Source: Marsupella aquatica
Taxonomy: Eukaryota; Plantae; Marchantiophyta
NCBI GenBank assembly: GCA_973895155.1
Contig: OZ316895.1
Coordinates: forward strand, 1,238,435 to 1,302,434
Direction of reading: 5' to 3'
DNA: 64,000 bases
The position numbers and the translations under genes are program-made. The first letter of the stretch is position 1. Every line of letters starts with the position of its first letter. This document shows, one piece after another, positions 25,095 to 37,205 of this stretch. Below the pieces are notes generated by a model. The model was not told where the DNA came from and searched no databases. It was given only the letters and a program-made list of their open reading frames with translations.

Positions 25095-27637
25095 ATGGAA
25101 TGGGGAGAGTGCATGGGTGTCTGGTTATGAGAGTCACAAGTCACAAGTTTGGATGGACTCTTGCAACTAGACACTTCTTTGCACAAAAGCAAAGCTTTCT
25201 TTCTTTAAATCCATTACATCCTATAGTGTTGGAGTTCAACAAATTCTAAGCCTCACAAATGATAGATCTCCTGTGATGAGCTCAGAAATCCTTTTTAAGC
25301 AAACAAGCAAAAGAGTTTGGATGAAGCTTTCAATGGACCTTATAGCTTTTAGCATATGAACTTCAGAAAAGTGCTCCCATTAAGTTCTGTACCTGCTCAG
25401 TTTGCTCCATGTCCTATCTTGTCACACAAAAACACTTCTGGAGTTTTGGGCCAGTCTTAGATTTAAATCACTCCATGGCCACCTAGCCATCAGGAGCTGC
25501 CCAACTGTGGAAAAGAATCTGATATCTAGGATGTTTTCTGGAAACATCTGGAAAAGAAAAAACACATCCACCACATGAATATATGAGTTAACCCCAGCCA
25601 GGATGGATAGCATCTTGCAAAATGAATGACTAAGTGCTCCAACAATGTGTGAGCAAGTGAGCTTAAACACAAGACCCACCAGTTCAAATTCACATGATAT
25701 ACTCTAACATACAATAAACCCTAGAACCCCACCCCAGGGAGTCCATGCAGTCCTTATGATACCCAAATACAGTTGTGAATAAGGGAGCAATCTGGGATGA
25801 GGGTTCTGTCTAGAACCCCACCCCAGGCAGTCCTTATGGTACCTAAATATAGTCCCAAATAAAGCTAACCCCCAAGACTTCTTTATGGGCATGAGATTAT
25901 GAATATAGGAGAGGTCTCCAGAAATCCTTACACACTGGTAACATTCCTGTAACTATTGTAAGTACATCAAGTTGGGCTCCCATAATTGCACATCAAAATA
26001 TGACATATAGTGTAGGACATCATTCCATACCATGATAAATCCAATTATTATTTTTTAATCAATGAATGCACACTCTATACTATCACATTTTGATATGTGA
26101 AAATGTGATTACCGGAGGGTATAACATTTTAACATTTTGATGTAAGGGCATCAAGTTGAGGTTTAGGAGTCCCAATTATGGTAAGATATTGGGCGAGATC
26201 TAATGACCAACATGCATTCCGGATCTCGCGACACCTGCTTCTGCCCCTGCGTCCTATCCACAAAACCGGCTCTCCTTACCTGTAGCCACATGTCGTCGTC
26301 TTTCTTCAACGCATGGCACGAAAAGCGATTGACAACTGTAGTCGTTGGATGGAGTTATGCCCCCTGGGCCCCGGAGCTCTCGTGACCATCCTGTAGCTTC
26401 TCGATCAGTTCCTGTGCACGATGGATTGCTATTTGCTAATCTGGAAACAGATGGCCTAATTTTGACAGTCCCCTGTTTCTTATTCTTTATTTTCAGTACG
26501 CCGTTGGCGTTGGGCTACTCGTGCCCATGTCACCACGTAGCTTGAATTGCCCTTTCGTTCCCCACCTTTGCTTTCCTTCTTGCTTCTGGAAATGAATGCA
26601 GAAGTTAGTGATGAAGGTGATACGGTCATGATGATCATTCCACGGAGGACGTCTTTCCTGCTGATGACTAAGAGGCGATAAAGTTATGGAGAACTTCGGT
26701 CATGCCTATGATTCATGCCAACTACTGCGAACAGACAAAGGAAGGTAGGGTCACGGTAGAGACTTCCAGATCTAGTTCTGGGGAAATTAGCAGTTTCGTT
26801 CTGTAAAGAGGGTTAGATCTTTCTCAACTGTTTCTTATGTGGGTGTTGAATGACAATAGTCATGCTGCTATTTGTAAGAGAAGGCGTACAATTATGTGGA
26901 CAATGTCTGCTACCTAATCCACTTCTGGGTGCACAGTAGCTGACTTGATGAGTCCACTATGGTAGAACTCACCTTAGTAGCAACGAATCATTATGATATC
27001 GTTAAATTCCTATCAACAGAATTGTCCGAAGGAATCATGAGAGAAGATCGCTCTACCGGTTTGTGCAGGTGATGAATCGCCTCGGAAGGATCAGCGGTAT
27101 ATTTAGCTGAGGTCCCGGATGGAAGTTAGGACAGGCTGCGTGTGAGCTTCTGGGACGCCCTAAACCCTAAATCCTTCGCTTAGTCATCCAGCACGGACCG
27201 TATTTAGCTGTTTTTCCTTTCCTTGTATCGGGTTTCAAATCTACCACAGGCGGACAAGCTCATTAAAGTTTAGGAGCTGGCATGAGCGCCAATTTGTGGT
27301 GTCCTGACCCTGTTGATCTCGAATCCTAGAATTTTTATGCGCCTCGTGTTTTAGTTCTCAAGACAGCACTCCTCCAGGCGCCCAACACTCACGCACAAAC
27401 ACACACACACACATACTAGCACGTACCCGCGCACGCACACAGCTCCCCATAACGTTGCAGATTATCGAATGTAGGACCTGAACTCCTGGAGCTTGTCACT
27501 GCCAAGCCCAAGCACCACGCCAAGCACTTTGGGGTGCTCCAACCTTAGAATTTTAGTACAGGAGAATTTGAGAGAGAGGAAGAGAAAGAGATAGAGAGGG
27601 GCAAGGACGGGTACAAGCTCTGGAGTAGTGAGCAGCC

Positions 27638-28189
27638 ATGGCGGAGCTCTATTCCGTGTGGGCATTGGCCCCATCTACACACCCAGGTTTGCAACCAGCA
27701 ACAGAGGATCTGCAGAGGATCTATGGAGGGCCAAAGTTCGAGCCCCATGTCACAGTCCTGGGGGGTGTGGCCATATCTTCACTAGAGGAAGGAACGGCTA
27801 AACTGCAGGATTTGGCAAGGTCCCTGAAACCCATTAGCTACCGGATTCATGGTGTTGGGCTAGGAGGAACTTACTACCAATCTGTATTCCTCACAGCGGA
27901 TCCCACCCCCGAGGTATTGGAAGCTAACGCACAGGCCAAGAAAGTTTTTCAAGTTACTGAGTCACAGACAAATGATTACTTTCCTCACTTGAGTCTTCTG
28001 TACGGGAACTTGACGGATGAAGAAAAGAACAGGGCAAAAGCTATGACGGAGGAGAAATATGGTCATATCCTGGTAGATTCGGTGTTTGTTGCGTCAAGCC
28101 TCAGTTTATGGATTACTGACACGGAGGACAAACTCTTGACAACTTGGAAAAGAGTTGCTGAATTCCCTCTCCAAGGTGGCAGCAGCTGA
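27638..28189 (+). CDS. CPDase: Cyclic phosphodiesterase (2H phosphoesterase, ADP-ribose 1'',2''-cyclic phosphate CPDase type). CDS has no introns.
   Basis: Two HxT/S motifs (FEPHVTV, FPHLSLLYG), N-terminal YSVWAL and C-terminal LWITDTEDK..W..VAEFPL, typical of plant CPDase. Confidence 0.92.
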   Translation: MAELYSVWALAPSTHPGLQPATEDLQRIYGGPKFEPHVTVLGGVAISSLEEGTAKLQDLARSLKPISYRIHGVGLGGTYYQSVFLTADPTPEVLEANAQAKKVFQVTESQTNDYFPHLSLLYGNLTDEEKNRAKAMTEEKYGHILVDSVFVASSLSLWITDTEDKLLTTWKRVAEFPLQGGSS

Positions 28190-31184
28190 AGTATTTGGGA
28201 AGGGCCCTGTTATCGAACATGTTGTTTAGTACTGCAAGGCAAACTGTGTTTTTTTTTAAACACGGTTCTGCTCGAGGACTACATTTGAGCAAAAGGAGAG
28301 ACGCCGTGCTTAATCTAAAGATAAGTGCAGCCATGTCTTACCATCGTAATGTGTCAAATGGAGGGACGCTTCCAGGATTTCATGGAGTTAGGGAGAGGTC
28401 GAGAGACGGCAGCCCGGACTCTTCCAATGCTTTCCTGAAAAGTTCGACATTTGTCCATTTCCAAATTTTCCACAAAACACATTGCAATTTGTCCAGAGGA
28501 TCTTGTCATGAAATTGTAATGCAGTCCTGCTATATTTTATGGGTGTAAGGATAAGCTCAAACTTTGCGCATAGCCAGCCACATTTCAGAAGCCGTTCTTT
28601 GCCTGCTTCAGCAGCAAAAAATTGTCAAACTTATAATTTGAGTCATGAAATTCGGGATGGAAGTTGAGAACTTGTCACCGTGTGAACCTTTTAATTAGAG
28701 TTTTCGTTTGATATTCTGAGGTCTTTCCGACTGGTGGCTTGAGGTACCCATTCACAGTCCCACTTACTGAAATTTACCCGCTCCTTTAGCGTCCCTGTCA
28801 ATATGTTGTGCTGCTCATGATTGAGCAAAGGATTTTTGACTAGTCCTCCCAAATAAGTAATTCCAGGGAAACCTCATAAGATATAAGCGCGGAGCTGCAC
28901 ACTGCGACTCGACCATAGAATTCTTTCCGAATGTTGCAGCGGATCCATGACAGATTTACCAACTGTCCAGTAAAACTGCGGGAGGAATGCTCGTTATTTC
29001 ACAGCTCTTTTTCAGGAAGAACTCTGTATTGGGGGCTTCAGAAACGGATAGTGATTGGTAATGAACACCTCTCAAATTGCAGTGTACTCTATTTCACTTC
29101 TCATACTGTAACTCTCGACACATCCCAACGGGCCGATGATGTCAACATTCTACGATCAAAGTCAGAAACTACAGCAAGTTCCACGGAATTCACCTTCGTT
29201 GAACAAGAGACTTTCATATTGTCTAGTACGCATGACTAAGCTCATAGCCATTTACTGTAATTACTGAAAACTGCAAATACTCTGTGTTTGGGACAGGAGT
29301 TTCTTGTGTCGTACCTCCTGTCATGGTCCAGTAACATTCATTTTGAAATGTTAGTCTGATGACTGTCACTTGAGATACATAGACTACTGCATTTGTGTAG
29401 ACACTCCATTCGTTACTTTTTCGCGCGTCATGGATAAAAGAAAATTCCTCGGTCAATCATTCTAGCTAAACCTCTTCGGTCAAAGGATTTTAGTTTATTC
29501 GATGTCTATTCGGCTCATAAGACTCTACGTCACGTCTGCCGCATGAGGATAGTGGAGGTACCGTTGGTAAAAATTCTTTGACGAACATGGAGTTCACTCT
29601 GGCTGCCCGCCAGCTTACTAAGTCCTACCTTTGTTGGCGGTGTTACAAAGAGAGTGGTCATCTAAACTTCCTTTTGGTTCTTCCTTTCCCAAGTTAATTT
29701 TAGGTTTAAAATTACAGCAGAAGATTGGCCAAGACGAAATGCCGGAGGAAAACAATTGAGGACAGGAAAAAGAGGAGAGGCCGACTGAACAATCAAAGTG
29801 GAAGGTGACAGAGATTCGAAAATAATGATTTAAAACGATGCACAACAGGGCTCGAATATATATGGTCGAGAGAGCTCAAACAGGTGGGAGGATCTCATGG
29901 AAAGATGATGGCCTACATGTACAAGGTCAAGAAAGACTCAGATGGAAAGCGTTGGGGCGATTCGAGTAAGTATTCCAATTTACAGCATTCAGGTTTTATG
30001 ACAGTGCACTTTGAACAAAGGGGTACTGATGAGAAGGTTTCTTTTGAATTCATGAGAGTTCATCAGAGGAACCTGTAAGATTAAATGAATTCGAAATGGA
30101 GCTCCAAAGAGTTCTGATTTTAGTTGTCAAGCATCTCAAGGTGTACGTGGAATAAGGATACCCTACGACGCATAAAACTATGGAAGCTGTGATGAACGTA
30201 GTTTACAACGAGAACGAATTATCAGTATGAGGAGTAGGCAAGGGACAGTAGCAATGTAGGCATGGACGCGCGGTGAACGCTCAAATAATTTAGTTAAGCA
30301 ATACTTCAATCGAAAAATAGAAAGAAGTTTCAAGGTCAAACACCCAATCAAGTTACAGGGCAGAAGTTGACAAACGTAGGGGCCCTATACCCTGAACCCC
30401 TAAATTACAGCAGTTTCCATATGAAGGCTCTACATTATAAGCAGCAATTTTCAAAGCGTCGTCAACGGCATAGACATAGAAAAACACATAAATTGCGCAC
30501 AATCCACAAGAAAAGGATTGACATACAGTAGACTAGAGGTAAACCCTCAATGAATTCCCCGGAGCAGGTTAAGGTTCTAGATTTACCGAAGTGTCTTATA
30601 ACTAGTCAAACTTGAGGACTGGTCAGACCTATCATCCCCTAATTGCTAGGCAAGGGCTGGAGTGGGCTCTTTCAGGTTGGCCAGCTCCTGTATAACGGGC
30701 GTATGTATATTCATTTATATGGATCGCACTTTTTTCTTTGACATGAAATAGCTCGTTGCAAAAAAGTACCGGAGAGCACATTCGGTGAAAATTTCTGTTC
30801 CTTGGGATTCATCATTATTTCTGGTGTTTGTTGGAGAATGCGTTAGCCCAGCAAGAAACCGTTGGATCGTGTACGAAGTCTGTTCACCTGGGTAATCTTC
30901 CATGACTCGCTATTAAGCATGTACGGGGACAAGTCTATCTTGAAGTCAGTGTCCGTCATCCCTCGTGAAGTGCTTCCTACATGTCAGTGACTCCTTTGTT
31001 TCTGTCTTTATCCACACTCTACGAGCCAGAGAAAGATGCGTCGAGAGAGACTACGACGCTAGTGGTCTTCTCAATCAGAGCCTTGTACATCTACTTCATC
31101 CGATCTTATCCCATGGCCTTGATGCCATAACTAAGAAACTGTGTTACTCTGACAAAACATCTATTTACCTGGCCGTCAGAGTTC

Positions 31185-33434
31185 TCACATAGCTTGTGCT
31201 GGGGAAGTGGAGATATCGAATCCAATGTCACCATTACTAGGATTGAATGCGGCTGATATGGTTAGCGTGCTATACGGTTGTCTGACTTTCACTGAATTCT
31301 CAGTGTTACTTATTTCTTCTGATGAGCAACTTTTCAAGAGTTGTATGGGAGACGATAACAACTTTATTCCTTGTTTCCAGTAATTGGGTTCGCCCCCTCT
31401 TGGTCCGGTTGATAGGACTGTTTTATTTTGGGATTCCATTACCCAATCCATCCAAAGAGCAATTCCATGACACAGTCCTGAAGAGAAAACTGGCACCACC
31501 ACTGATCCTTTCACGGCTTGTACAGGACGAGAGAAATCGAACGTCATTATCGAAAACGGATGAGTTAACTCCTTATAATGGCCACATTGCCACAGACTGT
31601 ATGGCAGCACAGGTCCTTCCTCGAAAGATGACAGCTCCCCACAAGCTCCCAGTACTTGATTGATTTGCGAGTGATGAAATCCCTCCACAGACGTCAGAGC
31701 TCTCCGACTATCCCATAGATCAGGCAAGAAGACAGCTACGCCACGGAGAACTCCTTCACAGGGAATGATTGTTGGATGGTCCACCAAAAATGGTGCCAAC
31801 AAAGTTCTTTCATGCCAAAAGCGAAGATGTTTCCATGGCAGCAAATCCTCATAAGCTCTGAAATAAGGCTCTGCAATTAAAACTTCCACTTTTCTACTCT
31901 TCAAGTCATCTACACTCAGGTGAGCTGCCTTCTTGCCAAGAACTTGAATCCGATCAGAGTCCAAACCATTTTTTTCTGCAAGGGCCTTCATTATAATTGA
32001 GCCATCTTGTTGAAGGCCAGGAAGCATGGCTACTACGTGCGCATTTGGCTGCACCAATGCTGTAGTGAGAGCACAGAGGACGCTGTCGTCAACAATAAGA
32101 CACACCGGAGATGAATTTGCCTGCACAGCTTTCAAGATAGCTTCTTTGATGACTCGTCTGTATGCCCTGTCTCCTAGAACCCCAATCCTTTCTGGTCTTG
32201 GAAGTAAATGAGAGCGGTGACCGCCATCACCTGTCTTAAGGACTGGTACGACTGTTCCAACACCTTCTCCTACTGCAGGCTGTGGCCTTCGCACTTCGAT
32301 TGGAGGTTTCATGACATATTTAATACTAATCTCATCATGAACAACATCCACACTCACTGCATCTCCAGGACAAACCTTCACACCCCTGCCCGGGAAATAC
32401 GAAACACACTGCTTCCAATGATCCCGCCAACTGGATGTCTGAACCCAGCCCGGTGCTGTAGAGTAGATTATCTCGCCATCCTCATCCAGCTGCAGCACCC
32501 ACCAAGAGACAAGTGCATGGACACTGCCAGCCTTACTGACAGGTATCTCAAGATTACACAGTCTGCCATCAGCTGGCATCTTGCGGAACTCAAAGGTGAG
32601 AACCTCAAATGGCTTTGAGAGAAGGGTCAGCTGATCAGCAAGCCCATCAATGTGAATGGTTCCTGAATACCCACACTCTCGACCTTTCAACACTACAGAG
32701 GAGAGGAGTAATCCATCTCCAATCTCCTCCTCAACACTTGCTAAATCATTGCACCTCCACAAATAGTCACACTCGACCAGTTGTCCATAAACTGTGGCTC
32801 GGTGGGGAACAGACCGTGCATTGGGTTTAAGAAGATGTGCATGTGCATGGCGTAGAGTGGGAATCAAACCCTCCCCTAGCAACTCAGAGTCCAATATTTC
32901 AGACACCAGGACATCGGCAGCAGAAGGCATGTCAATTCCGATTTGGAGCTCATCCGAACGTTTGTGAAATAGACGTACTCCATTGCCTACCCCGTTGGAT
33001 CTCAGTACCTTTCTAGCCAACCGAACCATTGGAAGGTAAGATTCACAAGCTGTCACTCTTCCAGGGGTAACAGGAATCCTCACAGGGCCTTCATCAGTAT
33101 CATTTGGATCAGTCTCACTAGACCTGCAATGGGCTTCAGGGGTAGCAACTGCTGCTTCACTCATGGCTCGCCAGGCCATCATGGACAGAAGTCCAGTCCC
33201 TGCTCCGATGTCCAGGACATGGTCTCCAGCTTTCACCACCTTCCTGATGGCTTCCTCGTAGGCTTTGTTCCGAGCTCCATCGTTCAGCATGTCCAGGTAC
33301 TGAGTGTGACCCAGAGAGCCTCCTCCTCCTCCCTCCTCACTCTCCTCGGTGCTACCAGCTTTGATGACAACCCACTCTGCATTTCCCGTGAAAGGATTTA
33401 ACCGCTGCTCGATTATGCTTTGCTCTGCGGCCAT
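31185..33434 (-). CDS. PRMT7: Protein arginine N-methyltransferase 7 (tandem PRMT modules), ~749 aa from the ATG at 33434. CDS has no introns.
   Basis: RLNPFTGNAEW, YLDMLNDGARN, VLDIGAGTGLLSMMA, VSEILDSELLGEG, WRDHWKQ (DHW is the PRMT7 variant of the THW loop), and a second degenerate module with AEPYF and YWKQG. The ORF track start at 33446 is TTG. Confidence 0.95.
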   Translation of the reverse strand: MAAEQSIIEQRLNPFTGNAEWVVIKAGSTEESEEGGGGGSLGHTQYLDMLNDGARNKAYEEAIRKVVKAGDHVLDIGAGTGLLSMMAWRAMSEAAVATPEAHCRSSETDPNDTDEGPVRIPVTPGRVTACESYLPMVRLARKVLRSNGVGNGVRLFHKRSDELQIGIDMPSAADVLVSEILDSELLGEGLIPTLRHAHAHLLKPNARSVPHRATVYGQLVECDYLWRCNDLASVEEEIGDGLLLSSVVLKGRECGYSGTIHIDGLADQLTLLSKPFEVLTFEFRKMPADGRLCNLEIPVSKAGSVHALVSWWVLQLDEDGEIIYSTAPGWVQTSSWRDHWKQCVSYFPGRGVKVCPGDAVSVDVVHDEISIKYVMKPPIEVRRPQPAVGEGVGTVVPVLKTGDGGHRSHLLPRPERIGVLGDRAYRRVIKEAILKAVQANSSPVCLIVDDSVLCALTTALVQPNAHVVAMLPGLQQDGSIIMKALAEKNGLDSDRIQVLGKKAAHLSVDDLKSRKVEVLIAEPYFRAYEDLLPWKHLRFWHERTLLAPFLVDHPTIIPCEGVLRGVAVFLPDLWDSRRALTSVEGFHHSQINQVLGACGELSSFEEGPVLPYSLWQCGHYKELTHPFSIMTFDFSRPVQAVKGSVVVPVFSSGLCHGIALWMDWVMESQNKTVLSTGPRGGEPNYWKQGIKLLSSPIQLLKSCSSEEISNTENSVKVRQPYSTLTISAAFNPSNGDIGFDISTSPAQAM

Positions 33435-34267
33435 TGGGCTCTCCAATTGTCGACTGATGCTTAGAAAATATTTTAAAGATACACTCTAAGACTGTACTCC
33501 TCTTCCTAGGATGAGCAACGATCGGGTTAACCAGGAAAGTACCTCTAATGATAATGATAGGAGGCACACTAAGATCATCTACATTATGATCTCTTCTCCT
33601 GCACGTAGATTTGTCCATACACTTCACTCACCACCTCCTTACGCAGCAGCAGCAGCCACCGCATGAGACCATCCCCTTCTCAATTGAACAACATCCCCAT
33701 TCTCCGAGATTCATGGATCTTCCAGGAAGAATCCGGCCGCATCTGCTTTCTCGAATCCAATTTTCAAAGATGTCAGTGTGGTGCTCTATCACTGTGAGAT
33801 ACTCCTCACAACCAACTGGATCACAAAGTTGCTTTGCAGGAAATACTCCCTGTCCTCACAGATTCGCTGCTCCACTTACGAGAAAGGAGAAAGCGTAATC
33901 CACGCCACAGTCCCAGAGCCCGGGAACAAACTTTTAGCCTACTTTTCTGCAATCTGACGAACGTCGAGGAATGCTCTGGAATACTAGTGACAGCTTCCCG
34001 CCTCTCCCACTCCCTCCCTTGTCATCCTCCTCCTCCACTCTCCCAAACTCTCCCAAACTCTCCCGGACAATCATCCTCGTCTCAGCACCATTTTACGGTT
34101 GCTTCTGCGGATGGAAGCTTCTTTGCCCAAGGGAGAGGTTGTTAAACCCATCAGGTCAATTTGGTACTGAACAAAGATTACTCGTGTGTAACCATTTTTG
34201 GAGGCCCCTACTATTTTTATAATCTCCTGTCCAGAAAGTGACCATATATTCATACTACAATTTCAGT

Positions 34268-34560
34268 CTGGGCTAGGTTCTAGACTGAACTTTTTTGTCA
34301 GAAAATGCTCAGAAAAGCTTCTCGACTACAGTACGTCATCAATTTCTGATCACAAGATTGCAGCCTCATAACCCTACCTGTGACCATATTTACATACTAT
34401 AATGACAATCTGGGCTAGGTTGTAGACTGAACTTATTTCTCAGAAAATGCTCAGAAAAGCTTCTTGATTACCTCTTCAATTTTTGGTCACAAGATTACAG
34501 CCTAGTAAGCCTAAGCCCAAACCATCATTATTTTATTCTCAACCTAGTAAGCCTAAGCCC
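34268..34560. repeat. Degenerate tandem duplication (~142 bp) plus a short duplicated tail upstream of PRMT7
   Basis: TCTGGGCTAGGTT(C/G)TAGACTGAACTT...CAGAAAATGCTCAGAAAAGCTTCT at ~34268 and ~34409. CCTAGTAAGCCTAAGCCC occurs twice. Confidence 0.8.
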
Positions 34561-34565
34561 AGACC

Positions 34566-34913
34566 TGTTGAGCATAGACAACATTCGTAACGGCAAGCCC
34601 ATGAACCATCCAACGTACAATAATCGACACAGAGAGATACGTGGTTCACCTCCACATGAGGCTACGTCCACGAGAACACACAAGAGCTTTACTGCACTCT
34701 AGGTCGACCGGCCATACCAAGCATCCACAGTACAAGCTTTCCCTATCTCTCAACTAGCTCCGTAACAATGAGCCTAAGTTCCACCAGGGTCTGGTATCAG
34801 CCCTGGCTATAATTATACACAATAGCACTACCGCTAACATTAGCTAAGTCCTAACCCAAGTTAGCCTAACTGTAGTTAGCTCATGAATCACAAGACTAGA
34901 GCAATATCTAACA
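34566..34913 (-). mobile_element. Solo LTR (Copia-like), copy 1
   Basis: TG...CA ends (TGTTGAGC...TCTAACA). Flanks AGACC/AGATC form a 5-bp TSD with one mismatch. Highly similar to 59445-59789. Confidence 0.85.
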
Positions 34914-36389
34914 AGATCATCATTATCTTATACTTCTCAGTCCCCCATAATTATCATTGATTCTCTGTGGCCTAGCCAAACTTGAACATCAGTTTCACAA
35001 TAGGTTTTTTTTCTCTTGGGGGTTACATTGAGTTGGAAAATTTTGGCTTGGCTGAACTCACTGAAAAAATGTTTTGCACACAAATGATCGACGGGACTAC
35101 CGTTATATGATAAATGATGGGGTTGCAATGTTCTCTCTAGGAGAAAGCATTATTATCTGACTTTAATTGGTACTTGCAAAAGCAAGTTTGTGCCCGTGAC
35201 AAAATAAAGGTCTCAAACCTCAAAACTTTATGTACCTTAACTAGTGGGTTAAGGTTATGGACAGAAAAATTTATGGAGTGCCAAATTCATAATCGGTAGT
35301 TTTTTGCTTTAAAGAACTATCATATGCCCTTACCCTAAGTCATTGTAGAGGCTAGCAAAGAAAACCCTAAAGAAAACTTTTACATAGGCAATGGAGTGGC
35401 AAAGGTAATGGCTATTTCTTTATGGTCAAAAGCCATCACCCCAATCCATGAAGGTTTGAAAGGCCCTGTTGCCCCCTAACAATCATTAGATATCTAATCC
35501 CGTCAAAAGGAGTCTCTCTCCGTTTACAAAGCAACTGTGGGAGGGAATCCATGACAGTCTTCAAACTGATTCTCTTAATTTCTTGGGCTGTGGTTTATCG
35601 AACAAGGGAACAGGCTGTAAGCTTAGCACATGTATAGGAACACAGAAGCAACATGCAGTCAATACAATTCACACGAGTACATGTGGTACAGGAAGTGCAA
35701 GGTATATTACATACACTAAGCCTACACTCCATGGTTAGTGGGTATGTGGTATGGGGGGAGAGAAAAAAGGATGAGCACTGAAATATTTTTTTCATTTTGA
35801 ATAGGCTTTTGCACAAGGTCATCTTTGCTCTTGCATTACTACAGTTTCTCTACAAATATATTTTACACAAGTCATTTTTTATGCAACAACATCTTTCTCC
35901 GCAAATGACATCCTATGCGCAACATTGGTTTTGTAACAACATACAATTGTGCGCAACGTCATCTTTTCCGCAAACAATATCTTTTGTGCAACAAAATCTT
36001 TTGTGTAATGACATCTTTCCATTCCATAATATTGTCTTCTTGGCTCCTGACCATTTTGTTGCTCAAGATAAAGAGCACCTACTTTACAACCAAGTTTAGA
36101 GCAAGGATAAAATGTCAATGGTAGTAGTGGCTGTGAAGTGGGCTGCGAAGGAAAGAGTCTTGTCTTGCAAATGTTCTTTATGTAATTTATAAGTAAAGAC
36201 CTCTTTAGTTTTTTGCTAATGTATGTATGTATGTATGTACATGTTTAGATGTATAATATTAGTATATATGATGTTGTATTCATATTAATTATGTTTAAAA
36301 TAATTTATTTATGTGTTCCATGTAAACCCTACAAATAAGAAATACAGGTAAGACTAAACAACTTAATAAGAGGCTAGCAACTCCCAAAC

Positions 36390-36774
36390 TGTTGGGTATT
36401 TACTCTTATGTCTAGGTTAGGTATGACGTGGTTGGTACAACAACGTGGGTTGGTACAACTATGTGGTTAGGTACAACTACGTGATTAGGTACAACTATGT
36501 GGTTAGGTACAACTAAGTTGCACACTATATCATAAAAGGCATGTGTGCTTGGAGAGGAAGAACCAAGGCTCATTGTTATGGAGCCACTTGAGAGATAGGG
36601 AGAGCTTACACTGTGGAGACTCGGTATAGCCGACGGGCTTAGAGTTCAGTAAAGCTCTCTTGTGTGTTCCCGTGGACGTAGCCTCAAGGAGGTGAACCAC
36701 GTATCTCTTGTGTCGACTATTGTGCGTTGGATAGTTCATGGGCTTGCCGTTGCGATCGTCGTCTATGCTCAACA
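36390..36774 (+). mobile_element. Solo LTR (Copia-like), copy 2, opposite orientation, with internal ~18-21-bp tandem repeats
   Basis: TGTTGGG...CTCAACA with perfect TSD CAAAC. Contains CCCGTGGACGTAG...GAACCACGTA, a motif typical of Copia LTR 3' ends. Confidence 0.85.
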
Positions 36775-36877
36775 CAAACAACATGCATAAATGCTATGCA
36801 TGGCCAAACTTAAGGCCAGTGAGTAGAACAAACAAAACAGACAAGCCCTACATAAGGTTTACAGTTTATAGGATAAG

Positions 36878-37205
36878 TGTTGAGCATAGACGACAATCGT
36901 AACGACAACCCCATGAACCAACCAATGCACAAGTAGTCGACATAGAGAGATACGTGGTTCATGTCCACGGGAACACACGAGAGCTTTACTGCACTCTAGG
37001 TCCGTTGGCCATACCAAGTCTCCGCAATACAAGATCTCCCTATTCTCAACTAGCTCCATAAGAATGAGTCTGAGTTCCTCCTATCCAAGCAAACACCGCT
37101 TGAGATATAGAGTGTGCAGCCCAGTTAACCTAACCTAGTCTACGACTAAGCTAATCCCTAACTATGGTTACAATGTAACCCTAGACTAAGAATAAATGCC
37201 TAACA
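36878..37205 (-). mobile_element. Solo LTR (Copia-like), copy 3
   Basis: TGTTGAGCATAGACG...CCTAACA with perfect TSD ATAAG. Confidence 0.85.
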
